Assembly: GCF_000219175.1 (NCBI RefSeq)
Contig: NC_015735.1
Coordinates: 30,001-62,000 of the forward strand
Direction of reading: 5' to 3'
DNA length: 32,000 bases
From: Candidatus Moranella endobia PCIT
GTDB taxonomy: Bacteria > Pseudomonadota > Gammaproteobacteria > Enterobacterales > Enterobacteriaceae
Below the pieces are notes generated by a model. The model saw only the letters and a list, made by a program, of their open reading frames with translations. It was not told the DNA's origin and made no database searches. The first letter of the stretch is position 1. The number at the start of each line of letters is the position of its first letter. A program made the position numbers and the translations under genes. This document shows, piece after piece, positions 10,321-23,161 of this stretch.

Positions 10321-10647
10321 ATGACCACAACGTTAGAAAAAATTCAGCAACAGATAGCGGCACATCCAATTTTATTGTACATGAAAGGATCACCAAAATT
10401 TCCCGGATGTGGTTTTTCAGCCCAGGCAGCACAGGCGTTATCTGCCTGCAGCGCAAGTTTTACCTATGTTGATGTATTAACTAACCCAGATATCCGTGCT
10501 GAATTACCAAAAATTGCTAATTGGCCAACTTTTCCACAACTGTGGGTGAATGGTGAACTGATAGGTGGGTGTGATATTGTCCTCGACATGTATCAGCGCG
10601 GCGAATTACAGTCACTAATTAAACAAACATCAATTAGCATGCATTAA
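10321..10647 (+). CDS. grxD: Monothiol glutaredoxin 4
   Basis: 108 aa; LLYMKGSPKFPGCGFSAQAAQALSAC, CGFS motif, NWPTFPQLWVNGELIGGCDIV. Confidence 0.97.
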   Translation: MTTTLEKIQQQIAAHPILLYMKGSPKFPGCGFSAQAAQALSACSASFTYVDVLTNPDIRAELPKIANWPTFPQLWVNGELIGGCDIVLDMYQRGELQSLIKQTSISMH

Positions 10648-10795
10648 TTATTAGTTAGACTTATCAACCAGCATTTAACTGATAAAAAAATCAAACCGTT
10701 AATGTGAAACAAACCTTTTACCAAGAAAATAACAACATATTAGCGTGGTATATTTTACAACTTTACATTAGGGTCAGTAAGTTATGTCTTATAAA

Positions 10796-11470
10796 TTACC
10801 CGTAGCTGATATCTGATATAACGATTGGCCAACCGCCTAGGCGTTTCCATCGATTCACTAATTCACAAAACAGCGTCGTAGTGCGTTCGGTATCGTACAG
10901 TGCCGAATGCGCTTTACCGCTATCAAAAGCAATGCCGGCAGCACAACAGGCTTTAGCTAACACGGTTTGTCCGAATACTAGTCCGCTTAGTGCCGCAGTA
11001 TCAAAAGTCGCAAAGGGATGGAAAGGGTTACATTTAAGACCAGTGCGCCCGGTGGCGGCCATTAAAAAACTGTGATCAAATGCAGCATTGTGCGCCACAA
11101 TAATGGCGCGATTACAATCCTGATCTTTTATGCCCTGACGTACCATTTTAAAAATTTCATGCAAGGCTTCATGTTCGGTTACCGCATCACGCAAGGGGTT
11201 ATGCGGATCAATGCCGTTAAAAGCAAGCGCTTCTGGCTGAAGTAGTGCACCGGGAAAGGGAACTACGTTAAAATGCATAGTATGCTCTGCTTGCAGCCAT
11301 CCCTCTTCGTCCATTTTTAGTGTCACAGCTGCAATTTCAAGCAAGGCATCGGTTCCAGCGTTAAATCCAGCGGTTTCAACATCAATGACAACGGGATAAA
11401 AGCCCCGAAAGCGGGCACGAAGGGTGTTCAAATAGTCTATTTTAGCCATGCCGGTTGTTATGTTTAGCAA
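10796..11470 (-). CDS. rnt: Ribonuclease T
   Basis: 224 aa; [60 protein letters not shown]; adjacent to grxD as in E. coli. Confidence 0.97.
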   Translation of the reverse strand: MLNITTGMAKIDYLNTLRARFRGFYPVVIDVETAGFNAGTDALLEIAAVTLKMDEEGWLQAEHTMHFNVVPFPGALLQPEALAFNGIDPHNPLRDAVTEHEALHEIFKMVRQGIKDQDCNRAIIVAHNAAFDHSFLMAATGRTGLKCNPFHPFATFDTAALSGLVFGQTVLAKACCAAGIAFDSGKAHSALYDTERTTTLFCELVNRWKRLGGWPIVISDISYG

Positions 11471-11852
11471 ATCCAGCAGTAATTATGCCAAATGTTAGTG
11501 AATCTTGCATAGCAATTCTGCCAGCTGGGTTTGGAGAACGAGCTTTATGCATGATGCTACCACAGAAATATAGGTATAAATGTTGAAAAATTACTTATTC
11601 GGTAACTGATTGGCATTCTAAGCAAATATCCCTACATTAACCTAATAGGATAGTCACGGATAGCAAGGATGGGTTTAAGCCAGCAACGTAAGTAACGGTT
11701 TTTAACCTTAGTAACTGTTTGCTGGCGCTGCTAGATGCGCTGTTCAGCAAGATTGTTTGGTTACATTAACCCCAACTATCCCTAACTATCATAGGAATAA
11801 CGATAATAAAAAATTTGTATAAATTAGTTTAGTCACGATAAACAGCCATTGC

Positions 11853-12641
11853 TCAATCAAAAGCAATATCGTTCATCGTAGCAATATTAAAACCGTTGTC
11901 CACATGTATTACCTCGCCAGTAATGCCAGCAGATAAATCAGAGCATAAAAAGGCGGCAGTATTACCAACATCAGTAATGGTTACTACACGACGTAGTGGT
12001 GCCACCGACTCATAGTGGTGCAACATCTTTTTGAACTGTTTAATACCAGATGCAGCTAAAGTACGGATAGGACCAGCAGAAATGGCATTAACCCGGACAC
12101 CTTGTGGTCCCATAGCGTTAGCCATGTAACGGGTATTAGCCTCTAAAGAGGCCTTAGCTAGGCCCATGACGTTATAATTAGGAATAGCACGTTCGGCACC
12201 AAGGTAAGTAAGCGTCAGCAATGCTGAATTAGAATTCAGCATACACCTACTGCTTTTAGCCATTGCAACAAAACTATATGCGCTGATATTGTGCGTGATA
12301 GTGAACCCTTCACGGGTTACTGTGTTTACATAATCGCCGTTCAATTGATTAACAGGCGAATAAGCAATAGCATGTACAAAGCCGCTAAAGGTTGGCCAAA
12401 CTTTAGCCAAGTGTTTAAATAGTGCTTTGATATTAGCATCTGTCGTCACATCGCATGGCAATACAATATTGGAATTAAAATCGGCGGCGAACCCTTCAAC
12501 TCTTGATTTAAATTTATCACACTGATACGTGAATGCTAGCTCTGCACCTTGAAGGTGCAGAGCCTGAGCAATACCATAGGCAATTGAACGATTATTAGCA
12601 ACACCAGTCACTAGAATACGCTTACCAACAAGAAAACCCAT
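11853..12641 (-). CDS. fabI: Enoyl-[acyl-carrier-protein] reductase (NADH) FabI
   Basis: [39 protein letters not shown]...[57 protein letters not shown]. Start placed at ATG 12641 (MGFL); track ORF starts at 12650. Confidence 0.96.
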   Translation of the reverse strand: MGFLVGKRILVTGVANNRSIAYGIAQALHLQGAELAFTYQCDKFKSRVEGFAADFNSNIVLPCDVTTDANIKALFKHLAKVWPTFSGFVHAIAYSPVNQLNGDYVNTVTREGFTITHNISAYSFVAMAKSSRCMLNSNSALLTLTYLGAERAIPNYNVMGLAKASLEANTRYMANAMGPQGVRVNAISAGPIRTLAASGIKQFKKMLHHYESVAPLRRVVTITDVGNTAAFLCSDLSAGITGEVIHVDNGFNIATMNDIAFD

Positions 12642-12971
12642 AACATTCATCCTGAATAAATTAATAATATAATTATTAATTAAGATTGTTTACTACAAAT
12701 AAATTTAGCAACGTTGTTTATAAACCTGTTGAATTGTAGCCTTATTTCGCTATAATAATGCAGACTTAAGTCTTGTCTTAGTGCCGGCGAAAGATACAAG
12801 TAATAGCAAGTTACCGTTGCCAGCCATACGTTCGTTTGGTTTGCACTGTATTTTATAGCTATATTTTACATAATATACTTCAAAAAAAACAAGCAAACAA
12901 GCAGTAGTGTAGATATTCTCGGGGTGCAAATAGGACACAGGCATCTAATAACATCGACGCAGGGGCATAAA

Positions 12972-13505
12972 ATGAATTTGAATCAGGTATCGGCAGGAGA
13001 AAATATTCCAGAAGATATTTATGTCGTTATTGAAATTGCAGCTAACAATTACCCTATCAAATACGAAGTTGATAAGAAAAGTGGCGTCTTGTTTGTCAAT
13101 CGTTTCATGTCAACTGTCATGTTCTATCCATGTAACTACGGTTACATAAACCATACTCTATCACTAGATGGCGATCCTTTGGACGTGCTAGTACCAACGC
13201 CATATCCTCTGCATCCAGGCTCAGTAGTACGCTGTCGCCCAGTGGGTATATTAAAAATGACCGATGAATCTGGCGAAGACGCAAAACTGGTAGCGGTACC
13301 ACATGCAAAACTCTTACCCGAATCTAACCACATTAAAGACATCGAAGATATATCACCACTACTACGTGCGCAAATCACCCATTTTTTTGAACATTATAAA
13401 GATCTAGAATCAGGTAGTAAATGGGTGAAAGTTGATAGTTGGGATAATGCAGAAGCTGCAAAAGCCGAAATCATCGCCTCAATTAAGCGTGCTAACAATA
13501 AATAA
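12972..13505 (+). CDS. ppa: Inorganic pyrophosphatase
   Basis: [38 protein letters not shown]...[30 protein letters not shown]. Start at ATG 12972 (track ORF extended to 12924). Confidence 0.98.
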   Translation: MNLNQVSAGENIPEDIYVVIEIAANNYPIKYEVDKKSGVLFVNRFMSTVMFYPCNYGYINHTLSLDGDPLDVLVPTPYPLHPGSVVRCRPVGILKMTDESGEDAKLVAVPHAKLLPESNHIKDIEDISPLLRAQITHFFEHYKDLESGSKWVKVDSWDNAEAAKAEIIASIKRANNK

Positions 13506-13953
13506 ACTAAACCCAATCATTCCATTCTCACACGTCTGGGATGGGAAGCTTCCACCAGCTAGCGTATTAAAACATCATTGATCACTAACGTGATTGCCTA
13601 ACTAAAATTACCCTGAGTTAAAATCTTCTAAGTAAGCAACTTGTGCAAAAAAAATTGCTGATGTGTCAGTTAAACTTTTAAGAATTTTTCTTTAAAAAAA
13701 CACTATCGTTACCATCAACCAGGTTTAACTATAAACTATAACATGTGATTTTATTTAAGCCAGTTACAGCTACCAGTATGTTTAATTTTAAACGGCAAAT
13801 TTACAACACATAGCATATAGTAACAATAACAACGATTCTTCACAACTACGTGACCGTATTTCCTTTAATGTAATTAAATTAGTTATTCAATTATATGGAA
13901 AAAATGTTCACTACTAGACAAGTTAACCTACACTGAATGTGTAACATGGAGTA

Positions 13954-15621
13954 ATGATGCATCATGCTACGCCGCTCATCAATACTATTGTCGTTGGTCT
14001 CGTATTAGCATATGTGCTAGGGATAGGAGCCAATCGATTACGCATCTCTCCTTTAGTGGGATATTTGACTGCCGGCGTTCTAGTCGGTCCATTTACCCCT
14101 GGTTTTGTTGCCGATACCTCGTTAGCAACTGAGCTAGCAGAACTAGGAGTGATACTGCTGATGTTCGGTGTTGGGTTACATTTCTCATTAAAAGATTTAA
14201 TGGCGGTGAAAAACATTGCCATTCCGGGTGCAACCGCACAAATTGCCGTAGCAACACTGCTGGGTATGACATTTTCATTTTTCATGGGATGGACATTGCT
14301 AAATGGACTAGTATTTGGCTTGTGCCTATCCACCGCCAGCACCGTAGTTTTACTACGCACACTAGAAGAACGGCAGCTGATTAAGAGCCACCGTGGACAA
14401 ATAGCGATCGGCTGGTTGATCGTAGAAGATTTAATCATGGTGATGACACTGGTGCTATTACCCGCTCTATGCAAGATTCTTGGTGCTAATGATAACTACT
14501 ATAATGCTGCTATTTGGCACGAACTAGCATTGACTATCAGCAAAGTAGTTGCATTTATCACTCTTATGATCGTAGTAGGACGGCGGCTAGTGCCATGGGT
14601 GCTGGCGAAAAGCGCTAGCACTGGCTCCCGTGAATTGTTCACGCTCGCAGTACTGGCGTTAGCAATGGGTATTGCTTTTGGTGCAGTAGAATTTTTCGGT
14701 GTATCATTTGCCCTAGGCGCATTTTTCGCTGGAGTAGTTTTGAATGAATCAGAACTCAGTCATCGTGCCGCTCATGATACGTTACCATTGAGAGATGCCT
14801 TTGCAGTATTGTTTTTTGTGTCAGTTGGGATGCTGTTCGACCCCACTATTCTGCTACGCGAGCCGTTAGCTGTATTGGCAACATTGTCAATTATTGTACT
14901 AGGTAAATCGGCAGCTGCCTTTGTGCTGGTTAAGCTATTCGGCTTATCATTGCGCACATCTTTGACTATAGCTGTAAGCCTGGCCCAAATTGGTGAATTC
15001 GCGTTTATTTTGTCTGGTTTAGGTATAGTGCTCAAGATACTTTCTGAACAGGGGCGCCATTTAGTACTGGCGGGCGCGATTATGTCAATAATGATCAATC
15101 CGCTGATATTTGCTATATTGGAGCACTATCTTATGATCTACTTTAATGAAAGCGACACTATAGAACTGCAGCAGAAGGTAAATACCCATTTACCTAAGTC
15201 GATCAGCCAACATGCACTACTAGTAGGCTATGGCCGAGTAGGTAGCATAATTGGTACCAAGTTGCTACATGCGAACGTGCCAATGGTAGTAGTGGAACAT
15301 AACAGTGCCCGCGTTAATGCATTGCGTGAACAGGGGATTAATGTAGTGTTAGGTAATGCCGCCAGCGCTGATATCATGGCGCTGGCGCGGCTAAATACCG
15401 CCCGCTGGCTTTTAGTCACTGTTCCAAATGGTTTTGAGGCAGGAGAAATTGTTGTGCTTGCACGCGAACAAGATCCAGATTTAAAGATTATTGTCCAAGC
15501 GTACTACGACGATGAAGTCAACTACATCACTGAACGTGGTGCAACACAGGTGGTGATAGGAGAGCGTGAAATAGCCAACAGCATGATTTCTATTATACAA
15601 CGGGAAATGGAACTTCAGTAA
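13954..15621 (+). CDS. ybaL: Kef-type (CPA2) cation/proton antiporter with C-terminal RCK/TrkA-N domain, YbaL-like
   Basis: 555 aa; MHHATPLINTIVVGLVLAYVLGIGANRLRISPLVGYLTAGVLVGPFTPGFVADTSLATELAELGVILLMFGVGLHFSLKDLMAVKNIAIPG..., HALLVGYGRVGSIIG; near-colinear with E. coli YbaL. Confidence 0.93.
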   Translation: MMHHATPLINTIVVGLVLAYVLGIGANRLRISPLVGYLTAGVLVGPFTPGFVADTSLATELAELGVILLMFGVGLHFSLKDLMAVKNIAIPGATAQIAVATLLGMTFSFFMGWTLLNGLVFGLCLSTASTVVLLRTLEERQLIKSHRGQIAIGWLIVEDLIMVMTLVLLPALCKILGANDNYYNAAIWHELALTISKVVAFITLMIVVGRRLVPWVLAKSASTGSRELFTLAVLALAMGIAFGAVEFFGVSFALGAFFAGVVLNESELSHRAAHDTLPLRDAFAVLFFVSVGMLFDPTILLREPLAVLATLSIIVLGKSAAAFVLVKLFGLSLRTSLTIAVSLAQIGEFAFILSGLGIVLKILSEQGRHLVLAGAIMSIMINPLIFAILEHYLMIYFNESDTIELQQKVNTHLPKSISQHALLVGYGRVGSIIGTKLLHANVPMVVVEHNSARVNALREQGINVVLGNAASADIMALARLNTARWLLVTVPNGFEAGEIVVLAREQDPDLKIIVQAYYDDEVNYITERGATQVVIGEREIANSMISIIQREMELQ

Positions 15622-16057
15622 ACGCTATGGAAACCAAACTATTCGTTCTAAAGTAGTGCAACACTGGTAAACATAACCAGTATTTTTAAAAGTTACCTAG
15701 TGTTGTACATAGATATATTGAATAGGTTCCAAACAAGTAGCACTGCTGCGGTATACAGTAGATAGAACCAAAAAATCCTGCCTGCCGCCGTACACAGCCA
15801 ACGTTTGCATAAATATGGCGCTAAATCAATGATTGCTGTGGGAGTTCCAGTTAAGCATTGTTATGAATAAATATCGTTGCATACCATTCATATAAGCTAA
15901 GCACAGCCAAACGAAGTTGTATGAAGGGATGAAGTTGTGTCAAGCTGATTGGTATTTAAGCTATACAGTTCTGTTTATAGACATCGCACTTAATTTTGAC
16001 ATCATTATATACTTATAATTAAATATCGTTACTGTTTACACTTGTCTGATCAAAAGA

Positions 16058-16936
16058 TTACAACAAACAAGCATCTGTTAACGCCTGTCTTACCAATTGT
16101 CTACCAACCTTGGTTAGGGGTGTCATCGGCAGGCGCATAGTGTCAGTAGCAATTAATCCCAATGTTTTACAAGCCCATTTAACTGGTATAGGACTAGGTT
16201 CACAGAACAATGTTTGATGCAGCGTTATCAAGCGCTTATTTAAGCTTCGCGCCTCTAAGTAATGGCCATCAGCTGCCAGAGAACATAGCTGTGCCATTTC
16301 TTTTGCCGCCACGTTCGCTGTTACGGAAATTACACCTTGACCACCCAGGCGCATAAAATCCAATGCACTTGTGTCATCGCCACTTAGTAGTAGGAAATTG
16401 TTATTGACTAAAGCTTGGATCTGGCTCACTCGGCTTAAGTTCCCAGTTGCTTCCTTAATACCAATAATATTTTTTATTTCTGCCAGGCGGGCGACAGTTG
16501 ATGGTAGCATATCACAGCCAGTTCTCGCTGGAACATTGTACAGAATCTGTGGCAAATCGCTGCTTTCAGCAATAGCTTTAAAGTGCTGGTATAATCCTGT
16601 CTGACTCGGTCTGTTATAATAAGGTATGACACTAAGGCATCCTACAACGTCGCTATTATTGAAGCAGCTAGTCAACGATACAGCCTCGTAGGTAGAGTTA
16701 GCACCCGTTCCAGCAATGACGGGAATACGTCCATCACTGAGCTCAAGGGTCCACATCACCATATCGTGGTGTTCTGTGTTGCTTAGGGTAGACGTTTCAC
16801 CAGTAGTTCCTACAGCAACAATTGCTTTGGTACCACTAATAACATGATACTCGATTAAGTTTTTCAGACTGACTCGGTCGATGGCGCCCTTTTCATCCAT
16901 CGGAGTAACAAGTGCAACTATGCTTCCAGTAAACAT
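16058..16936 (-). CDS. dapA: 4-hydroxy-tetrahydrodipicolinate synthase
   Basis: 292 aa; [56 protein letters not shown]-like block [41 protein letters not shown]. Confidence 0.97.
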   Translation of the reverse strand: MFTGSIVALVTPMDEKGAIDRVSLKNLIEYHVISGTKAIVAVGTTGETSTLSNTEHHDMVMWTLELSDGRIPVIAGTGANSTYEAVSLTSCFNNSDVVGCLSVIPYYNRPSQTGLYQHFKAIAESSDLPQILYNVPARTGCDMLPSTVARLAEIKNIIGIKEATGNLSRVSQIQALVNNNFLLLSGDDTSALDFMRLGGQGVISVTANVAAKEMAQLCSLAADGHYLEARSLNKRLITLHQTLFCEPSPIPVKWACKTLGLIATDTMRLPMTPLTKVGRQLVRQALTDACLL

Positions 16937-17696
16937 TGATTATCCCTCCACCAAGAGTTTATACAAAGTAAGTTTGGTAAACTATCTAAAATTAAGCAAA
17001 ATTTTTGATGAAATAATGGACTTATTAGTATCATTATTTATTCGCTAGTTTTAGCGAATAAGCTAGTCTTATTATGTTATGGTGGAATGCAAACTTTAAT
17101 CTAGGCTTTTCGGCTGCTAGATTTTAATGGGTATAATTTACTTATTGGTATTAGTATATTATGCCACATGATCATACAATATAAAAATTATGCAAGATAA
17201 AAAAACTACTACTGCCAGAGCCTAGACAGGCTCAGTTAGCTAGTATAAGATCATAAATTAGTTTACCCCCCCTCCATTTTTTCCAGGATTGGGTAAGCTA
17301 GTTTTTTAAGAAAAACAGTTCATAACGATCATCGTCTGATGTAAAAATATTATTTTGTTTGCCTATTGTTAGGCATAATTGACCTAGATATAATCTTTCT
17401 ATTATTTTAACTGAGTTAGTGTAACAATAAATAATTTAATTGTGCTGCCATTACTCATTAAACATATTGCCATTGCAATAAACAAGCATTAGTAATAATC
17501 ATTGGTGTACACTTGTAAAATCAATGTCATTAATCGCTTAAACAACGAACTGGATGATATTTTATGCATAATATAATAAAAGTGTAAAACTGCAGCTATT
17601 ACATTATGCCGATTGATTCAGTTATTACTGATGTTTTTAACAGTAAACAATGCTAATCTATTGAGGAAAATATAAAAGTATGGAGGAAAAGAAAAT

Positions 17697-18020
17697 ATGA
17701 AAGATAAAATAATTATTTTGAATGATGACAGCTTTGATCATTACGTACAAGCACAGGGTTTGTGTTTAGTGGATTTTTGGGCCGAATGGTGTGGTCCTTG
17801 TAAGAACATGGCGCCTATTATAGCAGAAGTTGCTGATGAATTAGATGGTAAACTGACTATTGCTAAATTGAACATCGACGAGAATCATACAACTGCACAT
17901 AAGTATAGTATCCGCAGTATTCCAGCCCTGTTGCTATTTCGTAATGGTGAAGTTATAGCTACTAAAATTGGCATAATATCCAAAGGACAGTTAAAAGATT
18001 TCATAAACGAAAATCTTTAG
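17697..18020 (+). CDS. trxA: Thioredoxin 1
   Basis: 107 aa; [60 protein letters not shown]; strong GGAGG upstream; followed by rho as in E. coli. Confidence 0.97.
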   Translation: MKDKIIILNDDSFDHYVQAQGLCLVDFWAEWCGPCKNMAPIIAEVADELDGKLTIAKLNIDENHTTAHKYSIRSIPALLLFRNGEVIATKIGIISKGQLKDFINENL

Positions 18021-18422
18021 GCTGGGAGAGATTACTATAGGCGCTAGCGTTTATAAACATTTCTCATATGATCCGCTAGATGCCAATAAATAACCATGGT
18101 AAATCAAGCTTGCAGCATTATTAATTATTATCTACCCTATAGTTTTTAAATATGAGCTGTATTTTATTTAACAAAATCTTGTCGAAAGAAAGCACAAATC
18201 ATGACTAACTAGTAGGACTGCCAGCCAGCAGAATATTAATTCATAGATTGAAGGCACATTAAATCCATCTTTTTATGCATTCTACTGATTATCTACTGAT
18301 AGAAAGTAATTTAATGATATTTTAAAAGACACATATACAGGCAAGGTAAAAGCTGCCATACCATCCACAAAATCAGTACAATAACATTATATATATTACC
18401 CCAAGTTTAAGAACCCACCATT

Positions 18423-19682
18423 ATGAACCTTACCGAATTAAAAAATACGCCAGTTTCAGAACTAGTTACTATTGGCGATAATATAGGACTGGAAAACCTG
18501 GCCCGCCTGCGTAAACAAGACATCATCTTTACCATCCTTAAGCAGCATGCCAAGAGTGGTGAAGATATCTTCGGCGATGGTGTACTGGAAATTTTGCAGG
18601 ACGGATTCGGCTTTCTTCGCTCTAGCGACAGTTCATACCTTGCAGGTCCAGATGATATTTACGTTTCTCCTAGCCAAATTCGCCGTTTTAACCTGCGTAC
18701 CGGGGACACAATTTCCGGCAAGATTCGTCCACCGAAAGATGGAGAACGCTACTTTGCACTACTAAAAGTTAACAAAGTAAACTACGAAAAACCGGAAAAT
18801 GCCCGTAACAAAATTCTGTTTGAAAACCTAACACCACTGCACACCAATTCGCGCTTATGCATGGAGCGTGGTAATGGCTCGACTGAAGATCTAACTACGC
18901 GCGTTCTTGATCTAGCATCACCTATTGGCCGCGGTCAGCGAGGCCTGATTGTAGCGCCACCGAAAGCTGGTAAAACAATTCTACTACAAAATATAGCTCA
19001 AAGTATCGCTTATAATTATTCCGACTGCGTGTTAATGGTACTGCTGATTGATGAGCGTCCGGAAGAAGTGACAGAGATGCAGCGTCTGGTGAACGGTGAA
19101 GTCATAGCGTCTACATTTGATGAGCCAGCTTCTCGTCACGTACAGGTAGCAGAGATGGTTATAGAAAAAGCAAAGCGTCTGGTTGAGCATAAAAAAGACG
19201 TTATGATATTGTTAGATTCAATTACCCGGCTCGCGCGCGCCTACAACACCGTTGTACCAGCTTCAGGCAAGGTATTAACCGGTGGTGTCGACGCCAACGC
19301 CCTGCATCGTCCGAAGCGTTTCTTTGGTGCTGCGCGTAATATGGAAGAAGGCGGTAGTCTGACTATTATTGCAACTGCTCTTATCGATACTGGCTCGAAG
19401 ATGGACGAAGTGATTTACGAAGAATTTAAAGGAACAGGTAACATGGAATTACATTTATCACGGAAAATAGCTGAGAAACGAGTTTTTCCAGCAATCGATT
19501 ACAACCGCTCTGGTACTCGTAAGGAAGAATTACTAACAACCAAGGAAGAGCTACAGAAAATGTGGATACTACGTAAAATTATTCATCCAATGAGTGAAAT
19601 TGATGCGATGGAATTTCTGATTAACAAGTTGGTTATGACCAAAACCAATGAGGAATTTTTCGATATGATGAAATGTTCGTAA
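18423..19682 (+). CDS. rho: Transcription termination factor Rho
   Basis: 419 aa; [105 protein letters not shown]. Confidence 0.99.
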   Translation: MNLTELKNTPVSELVTIGDNIGLENLARLRKQDIIFTILKQHAKSGEDIFGDGVLEILQDGFGFLRSSDSSYLAGPDDIYVSPSQIRRFNLRTGDTISGKIRPPKDGERYFALLKVNKVNYEKPENARNKILFENLTPLHTNSRLCMERGNGSTEDLTTRVLDLASPIGRGQRGLIVAPPKAGKTILLQNIAQSIAYNYSDCVLMVLLIDERPEEVTEMQRLVNGEVIASTFDEPASRHVQVAEMVIEKAKRLVEHKKDVMILLDSITRLARAYNTVVPASGKVLTGGVDANALHRPKRFFGAARNMEEGGSLTIIATALIDTGSKMDEVIYEEFKGTGNMELHLSRKIAEKRVFPAIDYNRSGTRKEELLTTKEELQKMWILRKIIHPMSEIDAMEFLINKLVMTKTNEEFFDMMKCS

Positions 19683-20014
19683 GTTACAACAATCTAATCT
19701 TTCCATGTAAAACCGTAATATTGTTCATGTCTGTCTAATGTTAGGATAAACAATTATCTTAAATAGACGCTAGACTATCTATACTGGGTTGTGTCTGTTT
19801 GGTTAATTTTAATGTTATGCTTAAGATTATATCATCTTATATCTTGGTGTTATGGTACATTCTAGTCATGGCGCTGTCGATGATTTTAAGTAGAAGCTGC
19901 CTCAGGATAGATAAATGTGTAATTGTGCAAATAGTAAGCAAAATAGTTTTTTTTGAAAAATTAATAGACAACTAGTCAGTAAAGCAGTACAATTTTATTC
20001 TGCAGCGCTGCTGT

Positions 20015-20088
<74 letters not shown>

Positions 20089-20154
20089 TCAAAACTGTTA
20101 ATTGCACGGAGCACGGATCAGTTGTAAGTTCGTGCTGTTAAGGCAGTGATTATT

Positions 20155-20231
20155 GGTGATTGTAGCTCAGTTGGTAGAGCCCTGGATTGTGATTCCAGTT
20201 GTCGTGGGTTCAAGTCCCATCAGTCACCCCA
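20155..20231 (+). tRNA. hisR: tRNA-His(GTG), CCA encoded
   Basis: GGTGATTGTAGCTCAGTTGGTAGAGCCCTGGATTGTGATTCCAGTTGTCGTGGGTTCAAGTCCCATCAGTCACCCCA; G-1:C73 pair present. Confidence 0.96.
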
Positions 20232-20234
20232 TTT

Positions 20235-20321
20235 GCGAAGGTGGCGGAATTGGTAGACGCGCTAGCTTCAGGTGTTAGTGTCTTACCGGACGTGAGGGTT
20301 CAAATCCCTCTCTTCGCACCA
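20235..20321 (+). tRNA. leuT: tRNA-Leu(CAG), CCA encoded
   Basis: GCGAAGGTGGCGGAATTGGTAGACGCGCTAGCTTCAGGTGTTAGTGTCTTACCGGACGTGAGGGTTCAAATCCCTCTCTTCGCACCA; long variable arm, CAG anticodon. Confidence 0.96.
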
Positions 20322-20388
20322 TCTATCTGCTAGCTACTACTGACTGTTAGTATTAACTTACACACTGTTGGGGGGTAGCGTATCCACT

Positions 20389-20465
20389 CGGCGAGTAGCG
20401 CAGCTTGGTAGCGCAACTGGTTTGGGACCAGTGGGTCAGAGGTTCAAATCCTCTCTCGCCGACCA
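20389..20465 (+). tRNA. proM: tRNA-Pro(TGG), CCA encoded
   Basis: CGGCGAGTAGCGCAGCTTGGTAGCGCAACTGGTTTGGGACCAGTGGGTCAGAGGTTCAAATCCTCTCTCGCCGACCA. Confidence 0.96.
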
Positions 20466-20533
20466 AATCCTTAACTTAACTAGCCAGCTGTTTTATGTCT
20501 AGTTAGTTAGTACGAAGAACACAACACTTAATT

Positions 20534-21115
20534 TTAACTATAACTATTATGAGTAACGTTACGACCGGACCAAATAATTTCCCCGGTTGGCACCTCTATT
20601 AGTTGAAGATCTAGTGTTGGTTCCTTAACATTACCACTTGCAGCGCTATATAGTACATAATGGGCGTTTAGATAACGCGCTATCCCAGCGGCTTTACTGC
20701 GAGAATCAAAACTGTCATCCGAGGACAGTCCCAACATCTTGCGCACAGCATTTAGTTTTTCAGCACAAACAATCTGAAATTTTTTACCGCAGTTCTGCGC
20801 AATTAGGCTGGTAAGAGTAGCAGTAGCTAGACCGGTTTGTACGCTGCCATTAGTGACATTTTTCATATTATTTATCATGATAACACTGCCGTAGTTTATC
20901 CCTTCTACTAACAACATTTGCTGTACTATGGGCAACATGCTCGCTTGCCAGTCAATCGTTTTAATCTTTGGCGTGGTAACCTGATTGTTAGTTACCGCCG
21001 GTGGCAGCTGTATTAACAGTTGAGTCGCTGGATCTATATTTGCCTGTGGCATATTTGGATATCTGTTAGTGCAGCTAGTCAATACTAGTGCTGCGATTAA
21101 GACGATCTTGTTCAT
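20534..21115 (-). CDS. lpoB: Penicillin-binding protein activator LpoB
   Basis: MNKIVLIAALVLTSCTN (lipoprotein signal) then IDWQASMLPIVQQMLLVEGINYGSVIMINNMKNVTNGSVQTGLATATL...RSKAAGIARYLNAHYVLYSAASGNVKEPTLDLQLIEVPTGEIIWSG; next to hinT as in E. coli ycfF-ycfL-ycfM. Start set at the internal ATG preceding the signal peptide. Confidence 0.92.
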   Translation of the reverse strand: MNKIVLIAALVLTSCTNRYPNMPQANIDPATQLLIQLPPAVTNNQVTTPKIKTIDWQASMLPIVQQMLLVEGINYGSVIMINNMKNVTNGSVQTGLATATLTSLIAQNCGKKFQIVCAEKLNAVRKMLGLSSDDSFDSRSKAAGIARYLNAHYVLYSAASGNVKEPTLDLQLIEVPTGEIIWSGRNVTHNSYS

Positions 21116-21206
21116 TTTATACTCGACATGGAGAATGTATTGAAACAATAGAATAGAAGATAAGAACGTATGTTGCCTATGAATTACTATTCAATGTATT
21201 ACTGTA

Positions 21207-21560
21207 TCACGATACCAGCGGGCCAAGCGGCCTACCGCCCAAAAGATGCATGTGCAAATGATACACTTCCTGGCCACCATGGTGGTTGCAATTAATAATT
21301 AGCCGGTAGCCATTCTCATCAATACCTTCTTGTTTTGCAATTTTCGCCGCAACGGTAAAAAACCTTCCTACCGCTGCCTCTGAGGCAGCGGTAACATCAT
21401 TGACAGTGGGAATCAGCAGGTTAGTCACGATAAGTATATGTATAGGCGCTTTGGGGCGAATATCGCGAAAAGCAGTAACTAAATCGTCCTGATAAAGAAT
21501 ATCAGCAAAAATTTCTCGCCGAATAATTTTACAAAAAATGGTTTCTTCAGCCTCAGCCAT
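21207..21560 (-). CDS. hinT: Purine nucleoside phosphoramidase, HIT family
   Basis: 117 aa; [40 protein letters not shown]...[23 protein letters not shown]; HIT motif HLHMHLLGG. Confidence 0.96.
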   Translation of the reverse strand: MAEAEETIFCKIIRREIFADILYQDDLVTAFRDIRPKAPIHILIVTNLLIPTVNDVTAASEAAVGRFFTVAAKIAKQEGIDENGYRLIINCNHHGGQEVYHLHMHLLGGRPLGPLVS

Positions 21561-21721
21561 AGCAGTGATCCTGGTTGCAAAAGTTATTTAAAAAAATAAG
21601 TATAATTATTGAGTTTGAATAACATAAAGTTACTTTGTGATAGCAATAATGTGATATAAATCACTTATTGTAAGTAACGAAAGATGATTATGAATGAATC
21701 ATTCAATATCTGGTGGAATAA

Positions 21722-22729
<1,008 letters not shown>

Positions 22730-22777
22730 TTATTAGTAAAGTAGTTAACTAACATTAATACTAATCTAGTCAAGCCG

Positions 22778-22806
22778 GCCATTCCCATAGCAGGGGAATG
22801 GCTTTT
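22778..22806 (+). terminator. Rho-independent terminator downstream of gapA
   Basis: GCCATTCCC-atagcag-GGGAATGGC-TTTT hairpin with 9-bp perfect stem and U tract, 49 nt after the gapA stop. Confidence 0.85.
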
Positions 22807-23161
22807 CGGTGTACTTTGGTTGGTGGTGCATATTTATAGCCAATATTTTTACGTCAGCATGCCATGCAAATCGTTAATTACTAACGACAGAAGGAACCTG
22901 CCAATCTATAAAACCTAAAATCTATAATAGGTTGCCTTGATCTGAAGAGGTAATATTACATACATACTACTAAGAGTAGTCTTTTCTTCATCAGAAGGCT
23001 TGCACCTATGGTATTAATATGCTTTAATATTACTGTTGGTCTAGTCTGGTACAGATCTTCTTAAGATAAGTAAAACATAATTTATTTAACACATATTAAA
23101 AATAATATGTGTCCATAGCGACACCTAATATTCCTAATGCAATACAAGGAAGTATAAACAA

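Noticed and set aside
12750-12944. 64-aa minus-strand ORF between fabI and ppa
   Set aside because: No ribosome-binding site or homology I can recognise; AT-rich spacer sequence.
13962-14474. 170-aa ORF on the minus strand
   Set aside because: Fully antisense to the well-supported ybaL gene and without recognisable domains; likely a shadow ORF.
14772-15098. 108-aa antisense ORF
   Set aside because: Lies inside ybaL on the opposite strand; composition mirrors the real gene.
17255-17285. C-rich tract (accccccctcc) in the dapA-trxA spacer
   Set aside because: A short homopolymer-like run with no paired structure or motif; not enough to support a feature.
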